From Geopsychrobacteraceae bacterium (GTDB lineage Bacteria; Desulfobacterota; Desulfuromonadia; Desulfuromonadales; Geopsychrobacteraceae), in contig OY759353.1 in the NCBI GenBank assembly GCA_963662315.1, forward strand, positions 3,040,001-3,104,000: 64,000 nucleotides of DNA. The letters are read 5' to 3'. This document shows, in pieces, positions 47,547 to 55,010 of the stretch. The position numbers and the translations under genes are program-made. The stretch's first letter is position 1. Each line of letters opens with the position of its first letter. Below the pieces are notes generated by a model. The model did not search any database and had not been told where the DNA came from. It saw only the letters and a program-made list of their open reading frames with translations.

Positions 47547-47683
47547 TTTGTCCTCGCTAAATTGTTTTCACTGGTTATTATTGGTATATGTAAATTACCT
47601 TAAAAAGATAACTCAATTAGTAGTGATTGACAAGGCTGGTACGGCTCAGAAAAGAGTCACACAGCAATAAAGTGGAATTTGCC

Positions 47684-49246
47684 ATGAAAAAGACGAAGCA
47701 AAGACGTTTGGCCGCTATTGATATCGGAACCAACTCCATTCGATGCATCGTGGTCGAAACTGACGAACTGGAGGGTTTCCGGGTTCTGGATGATGAGAAA
47801 GCAGCCGTTCGTTTAGGGGAAGGGTTGAACGAGACCGGTTATATCTCGCAGCACGCCATTGAGCGTGCTCTGGAAGCTTTGCAGCGCATGGCAAAAATCA
47901 GCGCCGGTCTTAATGCCGAAGTGGCTGCCGTCGTTGCGACCAGCGCTGTTCGCAAGGCCGCCAATGGCAGTGATTTTGTTGCCGATGTCAAGCATAAGAC
48001 GGGGCTGGAAATATCTGTCATCTCCGGTGAGCAGGAAGCTGACCTGGCCATGTTGAGTGTGCGTCATAACTTCGATATGGATCAGCAGCGTTTTGGTATG
48101 GCCGATATCGGTGGTGGCAGTGTTGAAATTGTCACGGCCAGCGGCCGTCATGTTGAGGATGTCTGCTCTTTGGAATTGGGAGCAGTTTTTCTGACCGAAA
48201 AGTTTATCCATAGTGATCCACCGCTGGAAGAGCAGTTAAAGGCCCTGCGAAAATATGTGCGAAAAGCTTTAAAGCGGCATAAGGTCGGGGATGGTCTGCC
48301 GCTGAACTGCCTGGTTGGCTCGGGGGGAACCATGACCAATATCGGCAGCATGATTATGGCCATGCGTGCCGAAAAATACGGTACGGTTCATCGCTACGAA
48401 GTGCTGCATTCTGAGATCATTCATCTGCTGGCCATGCTGTCACGGCGCAGTCATAAGGAGCGTCAGGCCACGCCAGGGCTTAATCCTGAACGGGCTGACA
48501 TTATCCTGGCCGGCATGATTCTTACGGACGAAATGATGCGGCGTATGCGGACCAACCAGTTACGCATCAACGCTCAGGGGATTCGCGAAGGATTGATCCT
48601 GCGCAGTCTCCAGGAGCGCAACCTGATTCCTGATCCTGGCGATGGTCGTGACTGGCGGGATTCTATTTTTGAGTTTGCGCGGTCCTGCCGTTTCGATGAG
48701 CAGCATTCGGTCCAGGTCAGTCGCCTGGCCGTAAAAATCTTTGGTGTCGTTGCGGAACCGTATGGTTTGAACGCCCGCCATCAACAGTTTCTCGAAGCAG
48801 CGGCGCTGCTGCATGATATCGGATATTTCATCAGCTATGATGATCACCACAAGCATTCCTACCACCTTATCCGCCACGCCAATCTGTTTGGTTTTACCCC
48901 GCGTGAACGTGAGCTGATCGCCAATCTGGCCCGTTACCACCGCAAGGGCAAGCCGAAAAAACATCATGAGAATTATGCACCCTTAAGCCCGGATGACCAA
49001 CTGCTGGTGCGGCGCTTGGGTGGAGTATTGCGGCTAGCCGATGGTCTTGACCGGCGACGTAACAGCCAGGTGGCCGATATTGATTGTCGGCTTGAGCAGG
49101 GCGTATTTTCCATTCAGCTGCAAGGAGCGAGTGATCTGTCCGTGGAAGTGTATGGGGCGCGGAGTAAAGGTAACCTGTTTGAGGCAGCTTTTGATTGCAG
49201 TCTTGATGTCACGATAGAGGAGCTTTTGTGCGACGCGTTATCCTGA
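47684..49246 (+). CDS. ppx: Exopolyphosphatase / pppGpp phosphatase (Ppx/GppA) with HD domain
   Basis: AAIDIGTNSIR, ATSAVR, ISGEQEA, DIGGGSVE, GSGGT, RADII, GIREG, LLHDIG. ATG at 47684. Confidence 0.95.
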   Translation: MKKTKQRRLAAIDIGTNSIRCIVVETDELEGFRVLDDEKAAVRLGEGLNETGYISQHAIERALEALQRMAKISAGLNAEVAAVVATSAVRKAANGSDFVADVKHKTGLEISVISGEQEADLAMLSVRHNFDMDQQRFGMADIGGGSVEIVTASGRHVEDVCSLELGAVFLTEKFIHSDPPLEEQLKALRKYVRKALKRHKVGDGLPLNCLVGSGGTMTNIGSMIMAMRAEKYGTVHRYEVLHSEIIHLLAMLSRRSHKERQATPGLNPERADIILAGMILTDEMMRRMRTNQLRINAQGIREGLILRSLQERNLIPDPGDGRDWRDSIFEFARSCRFDEQHSVQVSRLAVKIFGVVAEPYGLNARHQQFLEAAALLHDIGYFISYDDHHKHSYHLIRHANLFGFTPRERELIANLARYHRKGKPKKHHENYAPLSPDDQLLVRRLGGVLRLADGLDRRRNSQVADIDCRLEQGVFSIQLQGASDLSVEVYGARSKGNLFEAAFDCSLDVTIEELLCDALS

Positions 49247-49728
49247 TTCGCCATGCCAAGTCAGATTGGGGCAATCCCGATCTAAATGATTTTGAGCGTC
49301 CGCTCAACGGGCGGGGTAAAAAAGCGGCACCTCTGATGGGGCAGTATCTGGCTTCAGGACCCTGGATTCCCGATTACCTGGCCAGTAGCCCGGCCAAACG
49401 TGCCCGCAAAACAGCTCGGTTGATAGCTGCTGAGCTTGACTTCGACAAAGGAGCGATTGTTTACCAGGATAGCATTTATGATGCCAGGGTTGCTGTTTTA
49501 CAGAATGTCCTGAAGGGGCTCCCCGATGTTGCCTGCCCGGCCCTGATCGGGCACAACCCCGGCCTGAGTGAGCTGGGCCAGTGGCTGTGCCCGGATGCTC
49601 CCGGGTGGCTGAAAACTGCGGCCGTGCTGATCCTGCAGTTGGAGATTGAAAGCTGGTCGGAAGTACGGCCCGGCTGCGCGACCCTGCTGGATTACAGTTA
49701 TCCTAAAAAGGTTATGGCTGAGCAATAG
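49228..49728 (+). CDS. sixA: SixA-family phosphohistidine phosphatase
   Basis: LIRHAKS, DFERPL..RG, SSPAKRARKT, IGHNP; overlaps the ppx stop. Confidence 0.9.
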   Translation: MRRVILIRHAKSDWGNPDLNDFERPLNGRGKKAAPLMGQYLASGPWIPDYLASSPAKRARKTARLIAAELDFDKGAIVYQDSIYDARVAVLQNVLKGLPDVACPALIGHNPGLSELGQWLCPDAPGWLKTAAVLILQLEIESWSEVRPGCATLLDYSYPKKVMAEQ

Positions 49729-49782
49729 GATCCATGCGGCAATGTTGAGAGCCTAAACGGTAATTTCACGTGCGGGGTTGAA

Positions 49783-50484
49783 TCAATGCAGGTCTGAACC
49801 TGCGACACGATTGCCTTGCTCATCAATCAAGTCAACCGTGGTGTCCGGCCAGCCTGGGGGGCCGCTCGGTCCCTGGTAGCGCACAAACAGACCATCGTTC
49901 TGGCGCAGCCAGTAGTGACAACTCCAAAAGACTGCCTTAAAACCAGGCAGTTGAATTTTGAGTTTGATGACCGGGGTTAGTTGTCCCTCACGTTCCAGCT
50001 CTTCTTCACCTTCCGGAATGACTTTCAGCTTGTGAACATCAAGGGTATCCGGGCGTACGCTCCAGAATTCTTTGGTGGCGATATTCGGGTTGGTAAATTG
50101 CCGCAATGAGACAGACAGTGCCTGGTACCAGGGGGCTGCGTCAATCGCAACGGATTTATTCAGTTTCTTCCCTTTAAAGGTGCCGCGCATCAGCAGATCA
50201 TTGCCTCGGCGGGTCACCAGCAAATCGGTATTGGCGGCAGGATCTTTGACACTCCAGGAGCGGGTTGCCAACTCCCGGTTGATGTGGGTGACGTCACGTT
50301 CCTGATCAATATCGGTAATCAGTCTGATTTCATCACCACGCTCCAATCGCCAGTTAAACAGCTGGACTGAGGGACCGGTCGCTTTCCGGTAAAGGTGTTG
50401 TTCCGAGGTCATAGCGTTTCCTTGTGCCGGTATCATGAACAGGCCACACAACAGAAAGGCACAACTGCTATTAAGAATAGACAT
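49783..50484 (-). CDS. Exported hypothetical protein
   Basis: 233-aa ORF with AGGAG RBS, N-terminal signal-peptide-like segment, beta-rich composition. Confidence 0.8.
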   Translation of the reverse strand: MSILNSSCAFLLCGLFMIPAQGNAMTSEQHLYRKATGPSVQLFNWRLERGDEIRLITDIDQERDVTHINRELATRSWSVKDPAANTDLLVTRRGNDLLMRGTFKGKKLNKSVAIDAAPWYQALSVSLRQFTNPNIATKEFWSVRPDTLDVHKLKVIPEGEEELEREGQLTPVIKLKIQLPGFKAVFWSCHYWLRQNDGLFVRYQGPSGPPGWPDTTVDLIDEQGNRVAGSDLH

Positions 50485-50530
50485 GTTTTACTCCTGATGG
50501 ACATTGAATGGGGTAAAATAGGACTGTAAT

Positions 50531-50548
50531 GTCAGGAAACGATGAGCA
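50531..50548 (-). promoter_or_regulatory. Pho-box-like repeat upstream of the exported hypothetical gene
   Basis: Minus strand TGCTCAT-CGTT-TCCTGAC, exactly 10 nt, then TATTTT. Confidence 0.55.
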
Positions 50549-50605
50549 AGGGAGATTTTCTTTCGTTTCCGGGGAACAAGGTATTGAAAAGTTAGTTCTT
50601 AAAGG

Positions 50606-50625
50606 ATATACAATGTATATACATT
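50606..50625. promoter_or_regulatory. Overlapping palindromes (candidate operator) upstream of the CHAD operon
   Basis: ATATACA-A-TGTATAT (50606-50620) and AATGTATATACATT (50612-50625), overlapping TACAAT. Confidence 0.45.
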
Positions 50626-50662
50626 TTGATTTCCTTTTTAACTCTTTCAAATTACTGTAATT

Positions 50663-52192
50663 ATGCTGATACATAGTGACTGGCGCATGACAACCCTGGT
50701 GACAATGACCGATCTGGAACAACTGATGCCAGCCGGATTTCACCTTGAACTCAAAGAAAAACAACACGTCACTTACACTGTTCTGGACGACTATGACTGG
50801 TCTGTCTGGAGTGCCGGACTGGTACTGTTTCGTAGCGGTGCCCGCACGTTATGTCTGCAACGCCCTGAAGGTGAACCTCTTGTTAATGAAGCTGTTGCAG
50901 ACAGTGTACGCTTCTGGTGGGAACTGCCTGCCGGGGAACTGGCTGCTCAGTTACAGAAACTGATTGGCTTAAGGGCGTTTACCGCAAAGTTCAGTGTCTG
51001 TGGCGATGATCAGCATATTGCTGTTTTGAATGATGATGACAAGACTGTTGCGCGCCTACAGTTGATACGCTTAGGCCAGGCCGAACAGGCTGAGAGTCAG
51101 CTGCTGAGCCTTCAGGCATTACGTGGTTATGAAGAGGAAACGCAGCTCATCACTGCTGCGTTGCAACGTTTGCCTCATGTGGACGTGCCACCTTTAATTC
51201 TTAGGCAGCAGTTACTGCAGGTCGGCTTAACGGTAGAAAAACCACTATCCAAACCGGACTTCAGGCTTAAGCCGGATGAATTTGTCGAACCGGCCGTAAC
51301 CAGGATGATTGCCCAGTTATTTGCTCTTGCCAGAGAACAGGAGGCAGGGCTGGTTGCGGATGTCGACAGCGAATTTGTCCATCAGTACCGGGTCAATATT
51401 CGCAAGGCACGCTCGCTTGTCAGCCTGTTTAAGAGGATCTACTCCCCTGCGCGTTATCGGCAGTTGAATGAGGCGCTGAAAGATCTCGGCAAACGGACCA
51501 ATGAACTGCGAGATCTGGATGTTTTTTTAATCGATTGCAGAGTCTATCCGGAGATGCTGCCGGACAATCTGCGTCCCGGGCTAAATCAGCTGGTCGAGCG
51601 TCTGCGACGCCGACGGAGAACAGTATTCCGCAAGGTAAGAAACCAACTGGTGGGCCACGATTATGACGAGCAGGTCATAACCTTGCAATCTGCTTTGCAA
51701 CAGGAGCCTGATTATGCAACCGCGCGGGCTCATATGCCGCTGAAACAACTGGTCTGCCATAAAATTAACAAACAGTATCGTGCCATTGTCAAAGATGGAG
51801 CTCTGATTGGGGATGATACTCCTGATCAGGCAGTCCATGCTCTGCGTATCAAGTGTAAAAAGTTACGTTATCTGCTTGAGCTGTTTGCCGAACTGTTCTG
51901 TAACACAGCAATTAAACCGTTGATCAAACAGCTGAAACTACTGCAGGACAATCTGGGACAGTTTAATGATTTTGTCGTTCAGCGCGAATTTCTCGGTCGT
52001 CTGGCACATCGCCGCCAGATAAGTGACGAACAGTTGGCAACTATCCATGGGCTGCAGGCGGTACTGTTTGATCGTCAGCGTCAGGAACGCAGTCAGGTGG
52101 TCGCCAATATCAGCAAATTCAGTGATGCAGAGGTTTTTGGCGCTTTCAGCCGAGTCTTTGCCTGTACGACTCAGGAGCCTGATCAGGAATGA
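50663..52192 (+). CDS. CHAD-domain (polyphosphate-binding) protein
   Basis: VHQYRVNIRKARS, LGKRTNELRDLDVF, VHALRIKCKKLRYLLE, LQDNLGQFND; start could be 50687. Confidence 0.92.
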   Translation: MLIHSDWRMTTLVTMTDLEQLMPAGFHLELKEKQHVTYTVLDDYDWSVWSAGLVLFRSGARTLCLQRPEGEPLVNEAVADSVRFWWELPAGELAAQLQKLIGLRAFTAKFSVCGDDQHIAVLNDDDKTVARLQLIRLGQAEQAESQLLSLQALRGYEEETQLITAALQRLPHVDVPPLILRQQLLQVGLTVEKPLSKPDFRLKPDEFVEPAVTRMIAQLFALAREQEAGLVADVDSEFVHQYRVNIRKARSLVSLFKRIYSPARYRQLNEALKDLGKRTNELRDLDVFLIDCRVYPEMLPDNLRPGLNQLVERLRRRRRTVFRKVRNQLVGHDYDEQVITLQSALQQEPDYATARAHMPLKQLVCHKINKQYRAIVKDGALIGDDTPDQAVHALRIKCKKLRYLLELFAELFCNTAIKPLIKQLKLLQDNLGQFNDFVVQREFLGRLAHRRQISDEQLATIHGLQAVLFDRQRQERSQVVANISKFSDAEVFGAFSRVFACTTQEPDQE

Positions 52193-52941
52193 ACATCATT
52201 GCCTTTTATTCCATCAAGGGGGGCGTTGGGAAAACCGCTTCGGCGGTTAATATCGCTTATTGGGCCGCTCAATCAGGTTATCGGACCCTGCTGCTTGATC
52301 TTGATTCCCAAGGGGCATCGTCCTTTTATTTCCGCGTTCAGTCGGTTACTAGCAAGAATTGGGGCAAGCGCTTTTTTAAAGCTTATGAGCAGCTTTTCAA
52401 GCAGATTAAAGCCAGTGATTTTGATCGTCTCGATATTATTCCGGCCCACCTGAGTTTTCGTAATTTTGACGTACTGCTGCAGGAACTGGGCGCGCGTAAG
52501 AAGCTGCTGCGTCAGATGTTGACAAGGTTGGATAAGGATTACGATCTGGTGATTCTTGACTGCCCGCCAACCATCAGTCAACTGGCGGAAAATATTTTTA
52601 ACGCCGCCGATCTGGTCCTGGTACCGGTGATACCAACAACCCTGTCACAACGGACCTTTTGTCAGTTACGCGAGTTTTTCAAGGAGGAAGATTACAGCCG
52701 CAAAAAGCTGATTCCGTTTTTTACCATGGTTGATAGCAGAAAGCAGTTGCACAAAGAAACAGCCCTGGCCATGCGCAAAGACTACAAGCGCTTCCTGAGA
52801 AATGCCATCCCCTTTTCCACAGATGTCGAAAAGATGGGGATCAACCGTTCTCCAATTGATCTCTATGCGCCGACCCGTCAGGCCAACCGGGCTTATCAGG
52901 CATTATGGCAGGAAATTGCGACACTGCTCAGGGAAGGATAA
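52189..52941 (+). CDS. Orphan ParA/MinD-family ATPase
   Basis: Deviant Walker A SIKGGVGKT, LLDLDSQG, VILDCPP, LVPVIP; 4-bp overlap with the CHAD gene. Confidence 0.93.
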   Translation: MNIIAFYSIKGGVGKTASAVNIAYWAAQSGYRTLLLDLDSQGASSFYFRVQSVTSKNWGKRFFKAYEQLFKQIKASDFDRLDIIPAHLSFRNFDVLLQELGARKKLLRQMLTRLDKDYDLVILDCPPTISQLAENIFNAADLVLVPVIPTTLSQRTFCQLREFFKEEDYSRKKLIPFFTMVDSRKQLHKETALAMRKDYKRFLRNAIPFSTDVEKMGINRSPIDLYAPTRQANRAYQALWQEIATLLREG

Positions 52942-52943
52942 AC

Positions 52944-53429
52944 ATGGAACAGCTGGAAATCGAGCGGAAATTTGTTCTAAAAGAGTTACCGGAAACTATA
53001 TTGGCTGGCGTCTGCGGGCAGTGTATCCGCCAGGGATACCTGCTCAGCGGTGATAGTGAATTGCGTATTCGCGAGCGGGGCGGAAAGTGTACCATGACCG
53101 TCAAACGTGGCACCGGACTTAAGCGTCAGGAGCAGGAATGCGTTATCTCTGCGCAGCAGTTTGACATGCTCTGGCCCTTGACGGAAGGACAACGCATCGA
53201 CAAGGTGCGCTATGTCGTTCCCTGCGTTGGGCTTAATTACGAAATAGATGTTTTCAAAGGTGACCTGGCACCCCTGAAGATACTTGAAATTGAATTTGAT
53301 AGTGTGGCCGCGAGTCGGGAATTCAACGTTCCTGACTTTGTGGCACGTGAAGTGACAGAAGATAAGGCTTATAAAAATGCTGCTCTGGCATTAATGGGCC
53401 TTCCAGTCGGGAGCTTACTTAATGGGTGA
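52944..53429 (+). CDS. CYTH-domain (triphosphate tunnel metalloenzyme) protein
   Basis: EIERKF (ExExK), IRQGYL, LRIR, KVRY, EIDVF, EIEF, YKN. ATG at 52944. Confidence 0.93.
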   Translation: MEQLEIERKFVLKELPETILAGVCGQCIRQGYLLSGDSELRIRERGGKCTMTVKRGTGLKRQEQECVISAQQFDMLWPLTEGQRIDKVRYVVPCVGLNYEIDVFKGDLAPLKILEIEFDSVAASREFNVPDFVAREVTEDKAYKNAALALMGLPVGSLLNG

Positions 53430-53607
53430 TGACAAAAAAGGGAAGAAAAAAAGCAAGAAAGACAGCCAATTACTGATCCGGATCAACAGTGATGAACGTG
53501 ACGATTTTATTTCTTTGTGCGAAGAGCTTGATACCAGCGCTGCCAGGGAAATTCGTCGCTTTATCAGGCGGTTTATTCAGGAGCACACTAACCAGAGTGA
53601 AGCGTAG
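53422..53607 (+). CDS. Small predicted ribbon-helix-helix protein with lysine-rich N-terminal tail
   Basis: KKGKKKSKK tail, strand QLLIRI, helix ERDDFISLCEEL, turn DTS, helix AAREIRRFIRRF; overlaps the CYTH stop. Confidence 0.75.
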   Translation: MGDDKKGKKKSKKDSQLLIRINSDERDDFISLCEELDTSAAREIRRFIRRFIQEHTNQSEA

Positions 53608-53616
53608 GAGGGTTGT

Positions 53617-53979
53617 ATGGCAACACCATTGGAGGATGTCACAGGGATTGGTCCTGCTACGGCAAAAGTGCTGGCGGAACACGGAATAGCCAGTGCGGAA
53701 GATCTGGCCGCTAGACAGGTCGAAGAAATTGCGCTTGTCCACGGTTTCAGCACGATTCGTGCCGCACAGGTTGTTGCCGCAGCCAGAGACTTGTTTGTGC
53801 TTAAGCCGGTTGTCGCAGAGACAGAGCCGTCCGCACCGGGAAAAGTGAAAAAGGCGAACAAGGGTGTGGGTAAAAAGCCCGAAAAAACAGACAAGAAAGA
53901 CAAGAAAAAGGGGCACAGGGACAAGAAGAAAGACGCTAAGAAAAAAGGCAAAAAAAAGGCTAAAAAGTCAAAAAAATAA
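53617..53979 (+). CDS. Helix-hairpin-helix protein with histone-like lysine-rich C-terminal tail
   Basis: LEDVTGIGPATAKVLAEHGI (HhH), second HhH-like LVHGFSTIRA, tail KKDKKKGHRDKKKDAKKKGKKKAKKSKK; AGGAGG RBS. Confidence 0.87.
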   Translation: MATPLEDVTGIGPATAKVLAEHGIASAEDLAARQVEEIALVHGFSTIRAAQVVAAARDLFVLKPVVAETEPSAPGKVKKANKGVGKKPEKTDKKDKKKGHRDKKKDAKKKGKKKAKKSKK

Positions 53980-54098
53980 AGGCTTTCCTGGCCATTTAAG
54001 TGGGAAGAATCGCCTTTGAAACTCGGCGGTGAGCATTTTGCTGCTGCCCACTTTTCCTGTTACAATTGCGGTAACAGCTTTCCAACAGGAGGTGATTT

Positions 54099-54797
54099 AT
54101 GCCTCATTGGCTGGTTACCGCAGTTTTGATAACTGCTTTGTGGTGTATGGATAGTCATGCCGCGCAATATCAGTGTCCAAATTCATCCGCCGTTACCATC
54201 GTTGGCGATGACACGGCGGATAACGACTTTATCTGCGCCAGCGCGGCACGAGCCTTTGCGTTTCTGGATCGTTTCGGTCTGTTAAGTGAACGACCGGTTA
54301 CCGTCAGAATGATAGAGCGTCCCGTTGTCAGTACGGTTGGTTTGGTCTATGGTAGCTATGATCCTTATACCGACCAGGTTCTGCTGATGCATTTCGCCGC
54401 GATTATGTCCCTGCCTGATGTTTCAACGCTTTTCTCTGATCGCTTTGATCGAGATGACTATGCCGGAATTATTGCTCACGAACTGACCCATGCCATGGTT
54501 CAGGATTTATTAGCCATTGATCCCTATGCCGGGGCTCATGAGTATGTTGTCGCCCAAGAATACCTGGCTTATGCAACGCAGATTGCGGTTATGCCAGAAC
54601 AGCGTAAGCGCAGCCTGGTTGAGAAACTGGATGTTGAGGCATGGCAGCCGGGTCATATCATAAGTGCTGTTTATATGGCGTTTGCCCCGCATAAATTCGC
54701 CGTGAAGTCTTACCTCCATCTGGTGGGGATGGACGATCCGCAGCCATTTATAGCGTCGCTGTTGAAGACCCCTGGTTTGGATATTTATGCTCCCTGA
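54099..54797 (+). CDS. Exported protein with HExxH motif (putative zinc-metallopeptidase-like)
   Basis: Signal peptide, IIAHELTHA and downstream AQEYLAY; AGGAGG RBS. Confidence 0.75.
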   Translation: MPHWLVTAVLITALWCMDSHAAQYQCPNSSAVTIVGDDTADNDFICASAARAFAFLDRFGLLSERPVTVRMIERPVVSTVGLVYGSYDPYTDQVLLMHFAAIMSLPDVSTLFSDRFDRDDYAGIIAHELTHAMVQDLLAIDPYAGAHEYVVAQEYLAYATQIAVMPEQRKRSLVEKLDVEAWQPGHIISAVYMAFAPHKFAVKSYLHLVGMDDPQPFIASLLKTPGLDIYAP

Positions 54798-55010
54798 AGC
54801 ATGCTGCTACTTTTCGGTTTTTGGGAAGTTTGTCGCAGCAACTGTGAGTAAAATAGTAATCATTGCTAACCAACACTTAACTTGATCATTGCTACACGTT
54901 TGATTACTGTTCACCCCTAATAGGGGGATCTTGCCACGCAGTTTTCTGTGTCCGTTACTTGACCGTTCCCCAAGAGTGTCTGATGGCGACACCTACTTTA
55001 TGGAATTACC

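Noticed and set aside
47643..47660. Pho-like repeat GGCTCAG-AAAA-GAGTCAC upstream of ppx
   Set aside because: Only 23 nt from the ATG and the -10-like hexamer is 7 nt away rather than about 10; not counted in the predicted regulon
54859..54894. 10-bp direct repeat ATCATTGCTA occurring twice
   Set aside because: Only two copies with a 16-nt spacer; not a CRISPR array, possibly part of a promoter
54915..55000. CTGATGGCGACACCTAC resembles the 3' end of a fluoride riboswitch
   Set aside because: The 5' GGxGATGG..TTCxCC element is absent and the downstream gene is not fluoride-related
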